Origin: Betaproteobacteria bacterium
GTDB lineage: Bacteria; Pseudomonadota; Gammaproteobacteria; Burkholderiales; Ga0077523
Assembly: GCA_043744975.1 (NCBI GenBank)
Contig: JAYTTO010000054.1
Coordinates: 1-33,791 of the forward strand
Length of the DNA stretch: 33,791 nt
Direction of reading: 5' to 3'
Notes under the pieces: generated by a model
Databases searched by the model: none
Told to the model about the DNA's origin: nothing
Seen by the model: only the letters and a program-made list of their open reading frames with translations
Shown here: piece by piece, positions 1-8,577 of the stretch
How the letters are laid out: each line of letters opens with the position of its first letter
Numbering within the stretch: position 1 is the first letter of the stretch
Program-made: the position numbers and the translations under genes

Positions 1-405
1 CTGCGCGGCGGCGCCAAGGGCCCGAACTACGATTCGGTGACGGTCACGCTGGTCGAACAGGAACTCGCGCGCAACCGGCTGCCAACCAACATCGTGATCG
101 ACTGCAGTCATGCGAATTCGAACAAGGATCCTGCGCTGCAGCCGCTGGTGCTGCACAACATCGCCCACCAGGTCGTCGAGGGCAACCGCTCGATCGTCGG
201 CGTGATGATCGAGAGCAACATCAACGCCGGCAACCAGGCGATTCCGGCCGATCTGTCACAGTTGAAGTACGGCGTCTCGGTCACCGACGGCTGCATCGAC
301 TGGCCCACCACCGAGAAATCGCTGCGCGACACGCGCGCGCTGCTGCGCGACGTGCTTCCCGGCCGCCTGCCGCGGACCGCCGAGGTGCGAACACTGCGCG
401 GCTGA
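1..405 (+). CDS. aroG: 3-deoxy-7-phosphoheptulonate (DAHP) synthase, class I, C-terminal part (5' end outside window)
   Basis: Frame 1 is open from nt 1 to TGA 403-405. The translation contains IVIDCSHANSNKD, VMIESNINAGNQ and KYGVSVTDGCIDW, which are conserved C-terminal blocks of AroF/G/H-type enzymes. The feedback isozyme cannot be determined from this fragment. Confidence 0.9.
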   Translation: MRGGAKGPNYDSVTVTLVEQELARNRLPTNIVIDCSHANSNKDPALQPLVLHNIAHQVVEGNRSIVGVMIESNINAGNQAIPADLSQLKYGVSVTDGCIDWPTTEKSLRDTRALLRDVLPGRLPRTAEVRTLRG

Positions 406-412
406 ACCGTCA

Positions 413-559
413 GCGCGCTGGCCCCCCATTGGGGGGTGCCGACCGAAGGAAGGCTGGGGTACCGACATCAAGCGCAGGGACACAGCGCGCGCCGGGCCGC
501 CCCAAGCGCGCTGGCCCCCCATTGGGGGGTGCCGACCAAAGGAAGGCTGGGGGGGTTGT
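413..559. repeat. Composite REP/BIME-like intergenic element: two ~48-nt units (413-460, 506-559) around a ~45-nt spacer
   Basis: Each unit reads GCGCTGG-CCCCCCATTGGGGGG-TGCCGACC(G/A)AAGGAAGGCTGGGG. Positions 515-559 are identical over 45 nt to 21943-21987, and the spacer 461-505 closely matches 21815-21859. The element lies between convergent stop codons at 405 and 559. Confidence 0.85.
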
Positions 560-1209
560 TATTTCACCAGCGGAATGCGCTGGGCGGCCATCGGCATGTC
601 GTCGGCCCGGCGCATCTCCTCACTGCGGAAGATCGGCGCCTGCGCGAGGTAGTCGAGGATCATGTCGGTAGCGTCTTCACCCCAGAACAGTTCGCCATCC
701 GCGGTGACGAACGTAGGCACGCCGAACACACCCCGCGCCGTCGCCTGCTCGCCGTTCGTCTTGAGCCGCGCCTTGACCTCGGGACGCGTGATCGCTACGT
801 CGGCGGCGGCGACCCCCATCCGCGCGGCGAGCTGGCGCCAGGCATCGACGTTGCCGCTCTCGAGTCCGTCGCGCCACACAAACCGGAACAGCTCGAGCGT
901 GGTGTCGATGCCGGGACCTGCCGCAACGGCCAGGCGCAGCAGCGGTATCGGATTGAACGGGTGCGCCGGCGGCGCCTTGAACGCGATCCCGCGCCGCGCC
1001 GCGGCCCAGCAGGCATAGCGATACGTGAAGCGGCGCTTGGGTTCGACCTCAGCCGGGCCTTTCGTGCCCCACCGATCGAGCAGCCCGGCGAAGAGCAGCG
1101 GCACGCAGCGAACCGTGGCCACCCGTTCGACCTCGTGCAACCGTTCGGCCGCAAGATAGGCGAACGGCGAAATGACATCGAAATACCAGTCGACGGCAGG
1201 CTTTTCCAT
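559..1209 (-). CDS. 2-hydroxychromene-2-carboxylate isomerase family protein (DsbA-like thioredoxin fold)
   Basis: The start is ATG at 1207-1209 (MEKPAVDWYFDVISPFAY...), chosen inside the longer 559-1695 ORF. The N-terminal WYFDxISPFAY block and the C-terminal GVFGVPTFV..GELFWGED block are typical of this family. It begins 8 nt after the stop of the upstream gene. Confidence 0.8.
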   Translation of the reverse strand: MEKPAVDWYFDVISPFAYLAAERLHEVERVATVRCVPLLFAGLLDRWGTKGPAEVEPKRRFTYRYACWAAARRGIAFKAPPAHPFNPIPLLRLAVAAGPGIDTTLELFRFVWRDGLESGNVDAWRQLAARMGVAAADVAITRPEVKARLKTNGEQATARGVFGVPTFVTADGELFWGEDATDMILDYLAQAPIFRSEEMRRADDMPMAAQRIPLVK

Positions 1210-1217
1210 GGTCCGGT

Positions 1218-1646
1218 TCAGTCGCAGGGGTAGCGCAGAATCATCGCGTCGCGCACGGCCCAGGCGCCGAGCGCGTCCAGCTGCGCCGGATTGGCGTCGA
1301 GGTACTCGCGCACGGCGTTCATCAGGTCCGCCACCGTGGTGTCGGCACCGATGCAGAAGGCATTGTGCCCCTTGCCCGGCCCCGGCTCGCCCATGCGCCC
1401 GGCGAGGCGACGGACGATGCCCTTGATGTAAGTGGCACCGCGGCCGCACCGATAGTCGGCCGGCGCGCCGTCGCAATAACGCAGATCCGTGAGCAGCGCA
1501 GCCCCGGTGTAGGCGCCGTCGGCGGTCTGGGCAACGACGAGCGCCGACGGCGCAACGGCCAGACAAAATACGGCGGCGCACGCCGCGAGCGACACCGCGT
1601 CGCCGCCGGCGCGCCGCGGCGGCACACCCCGCTGCCCGAGGCCCAT
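1218..1646 (-). CDS. Small exported cysteine-containing protein, candidate Rap1a/Tai4-like fold
   Basis: The N-terminus is hydrophobic and signal-like (VSLAACAAVFCLAVAPSALVVAQT). The C-terminal pattern AFCIGADTTVADLMNAVREYLDANPAQL...RYPC resembles my recollection of the Rap1a/Tai4 periplasmic immunity family. This is a family call from pattern memory only. Confidence 0.4.
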   Translation of the reverse strand: MGLGQRGVPPRRAGGDAVSLAACAAVFCLAVAPSALVVAQTADGAYTGAALLTDLRYCDGAPADYRCGRGATYIKGIVRRLAGRMGEPGPGKGHNAFCIGADTTVADLMNAVREYLDANPAQLDALGAWAVRDAMILRYPCD

Positions 1647-1654
1647 TGCGTCGC

Positions 1655-2605
1655 TCAGCGAATCGCGACCGGCGCGACGGTCGACCCGGTGCCACCCTTG
1701 ATCTTCAGCGGCTGCACCGCGAACGCGAACTCGTGGATCCCCTTCGCGGCAAGCTCGTCGAGCTTCAGGTTCTCCAGCAGGAAGATGCCGTTGACGGCCA
1801 GCGCGATCTGGTGGACCGGCAGGCTGATCGTCTTATCCGGATTCGGCGCCACTTCGACCGGGAAGTTGTCGGCGCCCATCAGCATGACGTCCTGCGTCGC
1901 CAGCCATTCCGCGGCAGGCGCGCCGATCCCGGGGCAGCCGCTGTTGTACTTGACGTTGTCAACCCCCCAGAGCCTGCCCCAGCCGGTGTGGATGAGCACG
2001 GCATCGCCCGGCTGGATCGAGAGGCCTTCGCGGTCCAGCGCCGCCTTCAGGTCGTCGACGGTGATCTCGTAGGTCTGCGGCAAGGTTTCGACGCCCTTCA
2101 GCGCGGCAACGTCGATCAGCAGGCCGCGGGTGAACAGCATGCCGATGCGCTCGACGCCGAGCTTCGTGAACCCGCTGCGGGTGCCGATCTCGTCGCTGTC
2201 GATGCAGTTGTAGAGCTGGTTGCCGATGGTCTGGTGGGAGAACATGTCCAACTGGGTCCCGACCTGCCCGATCTCGCTCACCACGAGTTCCTCGTTGCTG
2301 CGCCGCTTGTTGCTGCCGAGCGCGGGCCCGGTGCGCTTGGTGTGAACCTCGAACTTTCGCGTACCGAACAGCGGCATGCTCGATTCGAGCACCCGACCAA
2401 TCTCGATCACCTCGCCGGTGCGGATCAGCCGCGCCGCCTTCAGCACCTGCTCCGGCTTCTGCAGATTCGCGGCGCCGCGCTCGTCGGCCGCGCCCCACTT
2501 CGACGGGCAGCGAGCCTCCGGTGCCGGCGGCGTCCAACTCTGCGCGTTCGCGCCCAGGCTCGTGATCAGGATCGCCGCGGCGATCGACAGCGTGTGCAGT
2601 TTCAT
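1655..2605 (-). CDS. Exported putative cyclase-family (kynurenine-formamidase-like) protein
   Basis: ATG at 2603-2605 follows GAGGGGAGAG. There is a signal peptide, MKLHTLSIAAAILITSLGANAQS. The overall sequence pattern fits the cyclase family (GTQLDMFSH, LIHTGWG, GADNFPVE). The usual HxGTHxDxPxH metal motif reads QVGTQLDMFSH here. Confidence 0.7.
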   Translation of the reverse strand: MKLHTLSIAAAILITSLGANAQSWTPPAPEARCPSKWGAADERGAANLQKPEQVLKAARLIRTGEVIEIGRVLESSMPLFGTRKFEVHTKRTGPALGSNKRRSNEELVVSEIGQVGTQLDMFSHQTIGNQLYNCIDSDEIGTRSGFTKLGVERIGMLFTRGLLIDVAALKGVETLPQTYEITVDDLKAALDREGLSIQPGDAVLIHTGWGRLWGVDNVKYNSGCPGIGAPAAEWLATQDVMLMGADNFPVEVAPNPDKTISLPVHQIALAVNGIFLLENLKLDELAAKGIHEFAFAVQPLKIKGGTGSTVAPVAIR

Positions 2606-2664
2606 CTCTCTCCCCTCTTTTTGTGTGGACCGGCCGGTGCCGTCGTGCGCGGCATCCCGGAATG

Positions 2665-3027
2665 TTACGGCAGACGGCGGACGCTGATTCTGGCGTTGAC
2701 GAGCATGCCGAAGAACGAAATGAAGAGGGCGGCGAAGAACACCTGCCAGAAGCTGCCGAGGCTGAACCCCGGCACCAGCCGCGCGACACCGAACAGGATC
2801 AGCGTGTTCAGGACCAGGATGAAGAACCCCAGCGTGACAATGGTAATCGGCAAGGTCAGGATGAACAGGACCGGCTTGATGAGCGTGTTGACGACGCCGA
2901 AGACGAGCCCCGCCCAGAGCAGCGCCGTCGGCCCGGTGAACGCCACCCCGGAAAACACCAGGGAGGCGAGCCAGAGCGCAAGCGTGTTGAGCCCCCAGAA
3001 CACTACGAACCGCAGCAAGGTTTCCAT
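2665..3027 (-). CDS. Phage-holin-family-4 / YvlD-like small membrane protein
   Basis: ATG at 3025-3027 (METLLRF...). The 120-aa protein has 4 predicted TM segments. The block VNTLIKPVLFILTLPITIVTLGFFILVLNTLIL matches the conserved core of this family. Confidence 0.75.
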   Translation of the reverse strand: METLLRFVVFWGLNTLALWLASLVFSGVAFTGPTALLWAGLVFGVVNTLIKPVLFILTLPITIVTLGFFILVLNTLILFGVARLVPGFSLGSFWQVFFAALFISFFGMLVNARISVRRLP

Positions 3028-3170
3028 GGGGAACGATGATACGCACCAGCAGCCCGCGGCGGGCGTTGGCAAAGAAGTTGCTGCCGTATTGCCCCAGCGT
3101 CGGCCCGGTGCCGCGCCCAGGCACCCGCTCTTGGTGCAAGTCACTGAATCCACTGGCGATAAAACACGAC

Positions 3171-3830
3171 ATGACACGTTGTCCCCGACTCGTGATGCTG
3201 GTCATGGGCGTCTCAGCCCTGACGCTGGGCGGCGCGGCGCGCGCCGACATCTTCAAGTGCATGCAGCCGGACGGCACGCCGCTCTATACCAACAACCCCG
3301 GCGACCCGCGCTGCAGCCTGATCGTCAAGACCGACAAGGCCCCGAATGCGGTTGCGAGCCTCGCCGGCGAACGCCTGACCCGGCGCTTCGCCGCCGCGGA
3401 TCGCCAGCGGTACGAGGAACAGGTCCAGGCCGCCTCACGGGAGCACGGGGTGGACGCCGCGCTGATCCACGCGGTCATATCGGCCGAGTCCGGCTACAAC
3501 GCGCTGGCGCGCTCGAACAAGGGCGCCCGCGGGTTGATGCAGCTCATTCCCGAGACCGGTGCCCGCTATGGCGCCACCAATCTGCTGGACCCTCGCCAGA
3601 ACATCGACGCCGGTACCCATTACCTGAAGGACCTGATGGCGATGTTCGGCAACGACCTGAAGCTCGCCCTGGCCGCGTACAACGCCGGCGAGGGCGCCGT
3701 CCAGCGCTACGGCAGCATCCCGCCGTTCCAGGAAACCCGCCTGTACGTCCCCAAGGTCCTCGCCTACTACAAGCGCTATGGCGGATCCCCCGCACGGCCC
3801 GCCATCCGGGTCGCCGCCACCTCCGGATAG
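3171..3830 (+). CDS. Lytic transglycosylase (SLT domain) with N-terminal DUF4124-like segment
   Basis: ATG at 3171 gives a signal peptide (MTRCPRLVMLVMGVSALTLGGAARA). This is followed by DIFKCMQPDGTPLYTN (DUF4124-like) and the SLT catalytic block ISAESGYN...GARGLMQLIPETG...AYNAGEGAV. Confidence 0.85.
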   Translation: MTRCPRLVMLVMGVSALTLGGAARADIFKCMQPDGTPLYTNNPGDPRCSLIVKTDKAPNAVASLAGERLTRRFAAADRQRYEEQVQAASREHGVDAALIHAVISAESGYNALARSNKGARGLMQLIPETGARYGATNLLDPRQNIDAGTHYLKDLMAMFGNDLKLALAAYNAGEGAVQRYGSIPPFQETRLYVPKVLAYYKRYGGSPARPAIRVAATSG

Positions 3831-3882
3831 CGGCTGACGTTGCGGCCTTGCGCGCCGCAGTGCATTCTCGGGGCTGACGAAT

Positions 3883-4647
3883 ATGATCGACGGTCTCATG
3901 CCAACCTTCGCCCTCTTGGCCCGCACCGGCGCTGTCGCGCTGTTCCTGATTGCCGCGCTTGCCCGGGCGGGGGACGTCGCGCCGACACCCAACCATGACG
4001 ACGTGATAGCGGCGCTGCGTGACCCGGTCGACAGCACCGGCAACATCACCGACGCCGTCGAGGACGCGACCGGCGCGCACGGCTGGATGTCGACCGACAT
4101 GAAGCCCATCTTCGAGAGCCGCATCGCCGGCCGGGCGGCCAGGGCCCTGATGCGCCCGGTGCTACGTTCCGACACCCGCAAGTACCAGAACCACCTGCTC
4201 GAAATTCTCAACCCGGCCGATCCCGATGGCATCCTGGTCTACGTCATGCAGAACGGCCTCGAGATCGCTGCCATGGGCAACCTGATGGCCACCACGGCCA
4301 AGGTACGCGGCCTCGAGGGCGCGGTGATCGACGGTGCGGTCCGGGACATCACCGAGATCCGCCAGATCGGCTTTCCAGTGTCGGCACGCCGTGTCAGCCC
4401 GGCGACCTGGGTCGGCCGGATGGTGAACGTGGACCAGCAGATACCGGTGCTGTACTGGGGAATCTTGGTCAATCCGGGCGACTACGTGGTCGGCGACGCC
4501 GACGGGGTGGTGGTCGTCCCCCGGACGGCCGCCGGCAAGGTGCTGGAGTTCCTCAGGCTCTACGCCGACCAGGAGTCGCGCATGGTGCCGATCATCAGGA
4601 AAACCGGATCGATGCTGAAGGCGCTCGAACGCTACAACCGTTACTAA
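3883..4647 (+). CDS. RraA-family protein (RraA / HMG-aldolase-like) with N-terminal signal-like extension
   Basis: Core motifs are GNLMATTAKVRGLEGAVIDGAVRD and PGDYVVGDADGVVVVP. The first ~30 aa (TFALLARTGAVALFLIAALARA-GD) look like a Sec signal peptide. Confidence 0.75.
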   Translation: MIDGLMPTFALLARTGAVALFLIAALARAGDVAPTPNHDDVIAALRDPVDSTGNITDAVEDATGAHGWMSTDMKPIFESRIAGRAARALMRPVLRSDTRKYQNHLLEILNPADPDGILVYVMQNGLEIAAMGNLMATTAKVRGLEGAVIDGAVRDITEIRQIGFPVSARRVSPATWVGRMVNVDQQIPVLYWGILVNPGDYVVGDADGVVVVPRTAAGKVLEFLRLYADQESRMVPIIRKTGSMLKALERYNRY

Positions 4648-4685
4648 TCCGGCCGTCCGCGACTATTCCCCGGCTGCATGCACCG

Positions 4686-4904
4686 ATGACCCGTGAGCCA
4701 GACTCCATCCCGACCGTAGCCATGCGGATCCGTCTCCAGGAGATCAAGACGGAACACCGCGACCTGGACCAGATCATCGCCCGCCTGAACGGCGACCAGT
4801 TGCACGACGAGTTGCAGATGCGGCGCCTGAAAAAGCGCAAACTGCTGCTGAAGGACCAGATCTCCTGGCTTGAGCGGCAACTCGATCCCGACGTTCCGGC
4901 ATGA
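4686..4904 (+). CDS. DUF465 (YdcH-like) small coiled-coil protein
   Basis: LQEIKTEHRDLDQII...LQMRRLKKRKLLLKDQISWLERQL matches the DUF465 pattern. An alternative start is ATG 4722. Confidence 0.65.
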   Translation: MTREPDSIPTVAMRIRLQEIKTEHRDLDQIIARLNGDQLHDELQMRRLKKRKLLLKDQISWLERQLDPDVPA

Positions 4905-4962
4905 CGAGCGCGGCGGTACCCGGTGAACCTTCGGTGGCGGTGCCGTTCGAACGCTGTGATGA

Positions 4963-5442
4963 ATGCGCGAGATGCAAAGACAATTGACCTTGCGGGCGAC
5001 CGTCGCGATCGTGATCATCGCGACATCGCTCGTGGCCTCGCTGGCGGCCGGATTCGTGCTGCAGGGCGCGGGGGCCACGCACAGTCCGGATTCAGCGGCT
5101 TCCGGAGCGCTGCTGGGTGCCGCGGTCTATGCCCCGTTCGCCCTGGTCGCCCTGTTGCTGCCGGCCCTGGCGGTCCCGATGGCCCGCGTGGCTCTCAGGG
5201 GCATTCGCGGTGCCGACACCGCAAATGCCCCCCCGGCACCCTGGCCGATCGCGGTCGATACGGCGCTGCTCTGGATCGTGACCGTCTTCGGCCTGCATCT
5301 GGTCGGGACCCTGTCGGGCCCTCCGGCAATGATGGCACCGGTAGTTCTCGCGCTACTCGGGGTGTACGCAGTGATCGCGGCGTGGCTGCTGCATCGCCGG
5401 CCTGAACATGACGACTCGATTGCGCCGCACGAACCCACGTGA
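4963..5442 (+). CDS. Hypothetical integral membrane protein (about 4 TM segments)
   Basis: The ORF has hydrophobic segments (ATVAIVIIATSLVASLAAGFVL, AVYAPFALVALLLPALAV, LLWIVTVFGLHLV, VVLALLGVYAVIAAWLL). I recognised no family. Confidence 0.5.
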   Translation: MREMQRQLTLRATVAIVIIATSLVASLAAGFVLQGAGATHSPDSAASGALLGAAVYAPFALVALLLPALAVPMARVALRGIRGADTANAPPAPWPIAVDTALLWIVTVFGLHLVGTLSGPPAMMAPVVLALLGVYAVIAAWLLHRRPEHDDSIAPHEPT

Positions 5443-5818
5443 CCCGCACCGGATGACATCCGGCGTCGCGGCGCTCCTGCTATGCACGGCGCTCGCCGGA
5501 TGTGCCGGGATGCAGCGCAAGGAACCCGTCACGCTGGAGCAGGTGATCCAGATGTCGAAGGCGCAGCTACCGCCCGCCGACATCATCAACAAGCTGACGG
5601 AATCCCGCACCGTACTGCCGATCTCCGGGTCGCAGTTCGCCAAGCTGCACGAACAGGGCGTCGACGACAGCGTGCTCGACTACCTGCAGAAAGCCTTCGT
5701 GGACAGCGTCGAGATGGAAACCCGCCTGCGCAGCCAGAGCATGTACTGGGGCTATGGCGGCTGGGGCGGCCACTATCGGCCGTTCTACGGACCGTGGCCG
5801 TACGGCTATCGCTGGTAG
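5408..5818 (+). CDS. Lipoprotein with aromatic/glycine-rich C-terminal tail
   Basis: It has a lipobox, LLCTALAGC. An alternative start at ATG 5453 would remove the basic n-region. The C-terminus reads YWGYGGWGGHYRPFYGPWPYGYRW. Confidence 0.6.
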   Translation: MTTRLRRTNPRDPHRMTSGVAALLLCTALAGCAGMQRKEPVTLEQVIQMSKAQLPPADIINKLTESRTVLPISGSQFAKLHEQGVDDSVLDYLQKAFVDSVEMETRLRSQSMYWGYGGWGGHYRPFYGPWPYGYRW

Positions 5819-6732
5819 GCCCGGGCGCCGGCGACGATGCCGGACCAGTTGACCAGCGCCAGCGCGGTGATCACCCCGACCAACCCAACGGTCATGCGCC
5901 ATGACACCGGCTCCGCCAGGACAAGGGCCCCGAACAGGGCTGCCGATACCGGATTGAGCGTCACCGCGAGTGAGACCTTCGATGGCGTCGTCCGCTCCAG
6001 GGCCCAGATCCAGAGGAAGAACGAGATCACGCCGCCGAAGCTCGTGAGGTAGGCGACCGCAGCCCATCCCGGGAGGGTGATCTCGCCGAACCCACTCCAG
6101 TCGCCCTGCAACAGCAGCATGATCCCGATGGCCACCGTCCCGATCGGGATCATGACCGACGCCGCCACCTGGGCACTGTAGCGCCGCAGAGTGTAGCCCG
6201 ACGCAACGTTGTAGAACGATCCGGCGACGGCGGCGCCGAACATGTAGAGATCGCCGTGCCACGCGTCCACGTTCTCCGAACGAATGCGATCCCCGAGTGC
6301 GAAACCGATAGCGGCGAGAGCCAGGATGCCGCCAGTGGCCTTTAGCGCCGTGAAGCGTTCGCGGCCGACCAGCGCCGACAACGCAAGAGTGATGAGAGGC
6401 TGAGTCGACAGCACCAATGCCGCGCGGGCCGCCGGAATCAGGCCGAGGCTCTGGGTGAATAGCCAGGGAAATAGCGCGAACTGGATCAGCCCGAGTCCAA
6501 CCACGACCGGAATGTCGCGCGCCTCGATGCGCACCCGCCGGCGCGGCAGCGTGAACGCCAGCATCAGCAGGCTGGCGCCGGCGAATCGCAACAGGATCGT
6601 CGCCATCACACCAGCTTCCGGCACGACGTAACGGGTAGCAACGATCGAGGAACCGCCGAGGATGCTCGATAGCATGGCCGCGAGCACGGCCAGGAGCGAA
6701 GGCGGCAGGTGCTTCAAGTGCCTTGCTGCCAA
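5806..6732 (-). CDS. DMT-superfamily (EamA-like) transporter
   Basis: The 308-aa protein is about 10-TM and hydrophobic, with a duplicated EamA-type organisation. Its 3' end overlaps the convergent lipoprotein gene by 13 nt. Confidence 0.8.
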   Translation of the reverse strand: MAARHLKHLPPSLLAVLAAMLSSILGGSSIVATRYVVPEAGVMATILLRFAGASLLMLAFTLPRRRVRIEARDIPVVVGLGLIQFALFPWLFTQSLGLIPAARAALVLSTQPLITLALSALVGRERFTALKATGGILALAAIGFALGDRIRSENVDAWHGDLYMFGAAVAGSFYNVASGYTLRRYSAQVAASVMIPIGTVAIGIMLLLQGDWSGFGEITLPGWAAVAYLTSFGGVISFFLWIWALERTTPSKVSLAVTLNPVSAALFGALVLAEPVSWRMTVGLVGVITALALVNWSGIVAGARAYQR

Positions 6733-6897
6733 GAACCCCCCGTCGCCTCGGTGGCGGCTCGTCGATCGACCGTGGTCCAGGCCGCAATCCGGGCCGCCGA
6801 ACCGGGCGCACCGGGCGAGCCGGACGACCCGGGCGCGGGGCAGGCTTCCACTGGTTGCCCGGCCGCGACCCAGCCCGTCATCTTGCGGAGACCGCCA

Positions 6898-8577
6898 CTA
6901 CGACCGATCGGTCACGGCACCGAGCGACGCGGTCGACACCAGCTTCACGTACTTCGCCAAGACACCTTGTGTGTACTTGGGCGTCGGCGGTTTCCATGCC
7001 GCGCGACGGCGTGCCAGTTCCTCGTCGGAGACGTTGACCTGGAGCAGCAACTGACGCGCGTCGATGGTGATCGAATCGCCTTCCTGCACCAGCGCGATCG
7101 GCCCGCCGACGGCCGCCTCCGGCGCGACGTGACCGACCACCATGCCCCAGCTTGCACCCGAGAAACGTCCATCGGTGAGCAGGCCCACGGACGCGCCGAG
7201 TCCCTGGCCGACCAGCGCCGAGGTGGGCGAGAGCATCTCCTGCATGCCGGGTCCGCCCTTGGGCCCTTCGTAGCGGATCACGACGACGTCGCCCGCCTTC
7301 ACCTTGCCGGCCATGATTGCGTCCATGCATTGCGGTTCGGAATCGAACACCCGTGCCGGACCGGTGATGACCGGGTTCTTGAGGCCGGTGATTTTGGCCA
7401 CGCAGCCCTCGGGCGCGAGGTTGCCCTTCAGGATCGCGAGGTGGCCTTGCTCATACATCGGGTTGTCCCAGGCACGGATGACGTCCTGATCGCTGCGACG
7501 AACCGGATTGAGCGCCGCGAGTTCCTCGCCGATGGTGCGGCCGGTGATGGTCATGCAGTCGCCGTGCAGCAGGCCGTGGTCGAGCAGCATCTTCAGCACC
7601 ACCGGCACACCGCCGGCGCGATGGAAATCGGTCGCGACGTAGCGGCCCGAAGGCTTAAGGTCGCACAGGACCGGCGTGCGCTTGCGGATGCGCTCGAAGT
7701 CGTCGATGGTCCACTCGACTTCCGCCGCGGACGCGATCGCCAGATAGTGCAGCACCGCATTGGTCGAGCCGCCCGTCGCCATCACCAGCGACACGACGTT
7801 CTCGATCGACTTGCGGGTGATGATGTCGCGCGGCCGGATATTCTTCCGGATGGCGTTGACCAGCACTTCTGCGGACTGCGCCGCCGAATCGGCCTTCTCG
7901 GCATCCGGCGAGGCCATCTGCGACGAACCGAGGAGGCTGAGCCCCAGCGCCTCGAACGACGACGACATCGTGTTGGCGGTGAACATGCCGCCGCACGCAC
8001 CGACGGTCGGACAGGCGTTGCGCTCGATGCCGTCGGCGTCTTCCTTGGACATCTTGCCGGCGATGAAGGCGCCGACCGCCTCGAAGGCGCTGCCGATGGT
8101 GAGATCCTGGCCTTTCCAGTTACCAGGCTTGATCGTGCCGCCGTAGACGTAGATGGACGGGATATTGATCCGGGCCATCGCCATCATGCCGCCGGGCATG
8201 TTCTTGTCGCAGGCACCGATGACGAGAGCGCCGTCCATCATCTGGGCGTTGACGGCGGTCTCGATCGCATCGGCGATGACCTCGCGCGACACCAGCGAAT
8301 ACTTCATGCCCTCGGTACCCATGCTAATGCCGTCGGTCACGGTCGGAACACCGAATACCTGCGGCTTGGCACCGGCGGCTTCGAGCGCCGCCATGGCGCG
8401 GTCGACCAGCGGTTGGATGCCGGCGTTGCACGGGTTCATGTTGGAATGACCGTTGGCAACGCCGACGATGGGCTTGTCGAAATCGCCGTCGCCGAAACCG
8501 ACAGCGCGCAGCATCGCGCGATTGGGCAGGCGGGTGATGCCGCTGGTGATGAGTCTGGAACGCCAGTTGTCGGCCAT
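6898..8577 (-). CDS. ilvD: Dihydroxy-acid dehydratase
   Basis: ATG at 8575-8577 follows GAGGAG ([28 protein letters not shown]...). Conserved blocks are CDKNMPG, the TDGRFSG-type C-terminus and GGTIKPG. The product is 559 aa. Confidence 0.95.
   Translation of the reverse strand: MADNWRSRLITSGITRLPNRAMLRAVGFGDGDFDKPIVGVANGHSNMNPCNAGIQPLVDRAMAALEAAGAKPQVFGVPTVTDGISMGTEGMKYSLVSREVIADAIETAVNAQMMDGALVIGACDKNMPGGMMAMARINIPSIYVYGGTIKPGNWKGQDLTIGSAFEAVGAFIAGKMSKEDADGIERNACPTVGACGGMFTANTMSSSFEALGLSLLGSSQMASPDAEKADSAAQSAEVLVNAIRKNIRPRDIITRKSIENVVSLVMATGGSTNAVLHYLAIASAAEVEWTIDDFERIRKRTPVLCDLKPSGRYVATDFHRAGGVPVVLKMLLDHGLLHGDCMTITGRTIGEELAALNPVRRSDQDVIRAWDNPMYEQGHLAILKGNLAPEGCVAKITGLKNPVITGPARVFDSEPQCMDAIMAGKVKAGDVVVIRYEGPKGGPGMQEMLSPTSALVGQGLGASVGLLTDGRFSGASWGMVVGHVAPEAAVGGPIALVQEGDSITIDARQLLLQVNVSDEELARRRAAWKPPTPKYTQGVLAKYVKLVSTASLGAVTDRS

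Noticed and set aside
429-671. Short ORFs run through the repeat elements, with peptides such as ..PHWGVPTKGRLGG.. that recur at 21703-22206.
   Set aside because: The recurring peptides come from translating the REP-like DNA repeats in several frames. The repeats occur in both intergenic contexts and show hairpin symmetry, not codon structure.
2665-3830. The holin-like gene and the SLT gene might be a prophage lysis cassette remnant.
   Set aside because: There are no phage structural, integrase, spanin or antiterminator genes nearby. The genes are divergent rather than co-linear, and the composition matches the flanks.
1646-3877. A 743-aa plus-strand ORF spans the cyclase, holin-like and SLT loci. 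Similar long shadow ORFs lie at 5567-6811(-), 6709-8679(+), 9889-10995(-), 10632-12320(+, upstream part), 19497-20507(-), 20589-21737(-), 22794-23900(+), 25649-27685(+) and 29361-31568(-).
   Set aside because: Each overlaps a gene with clear family motifs in another frame or strand, and each has arginine/proline/glycine-rich low-complexity translations. They are high-GC open-frame artefacts.
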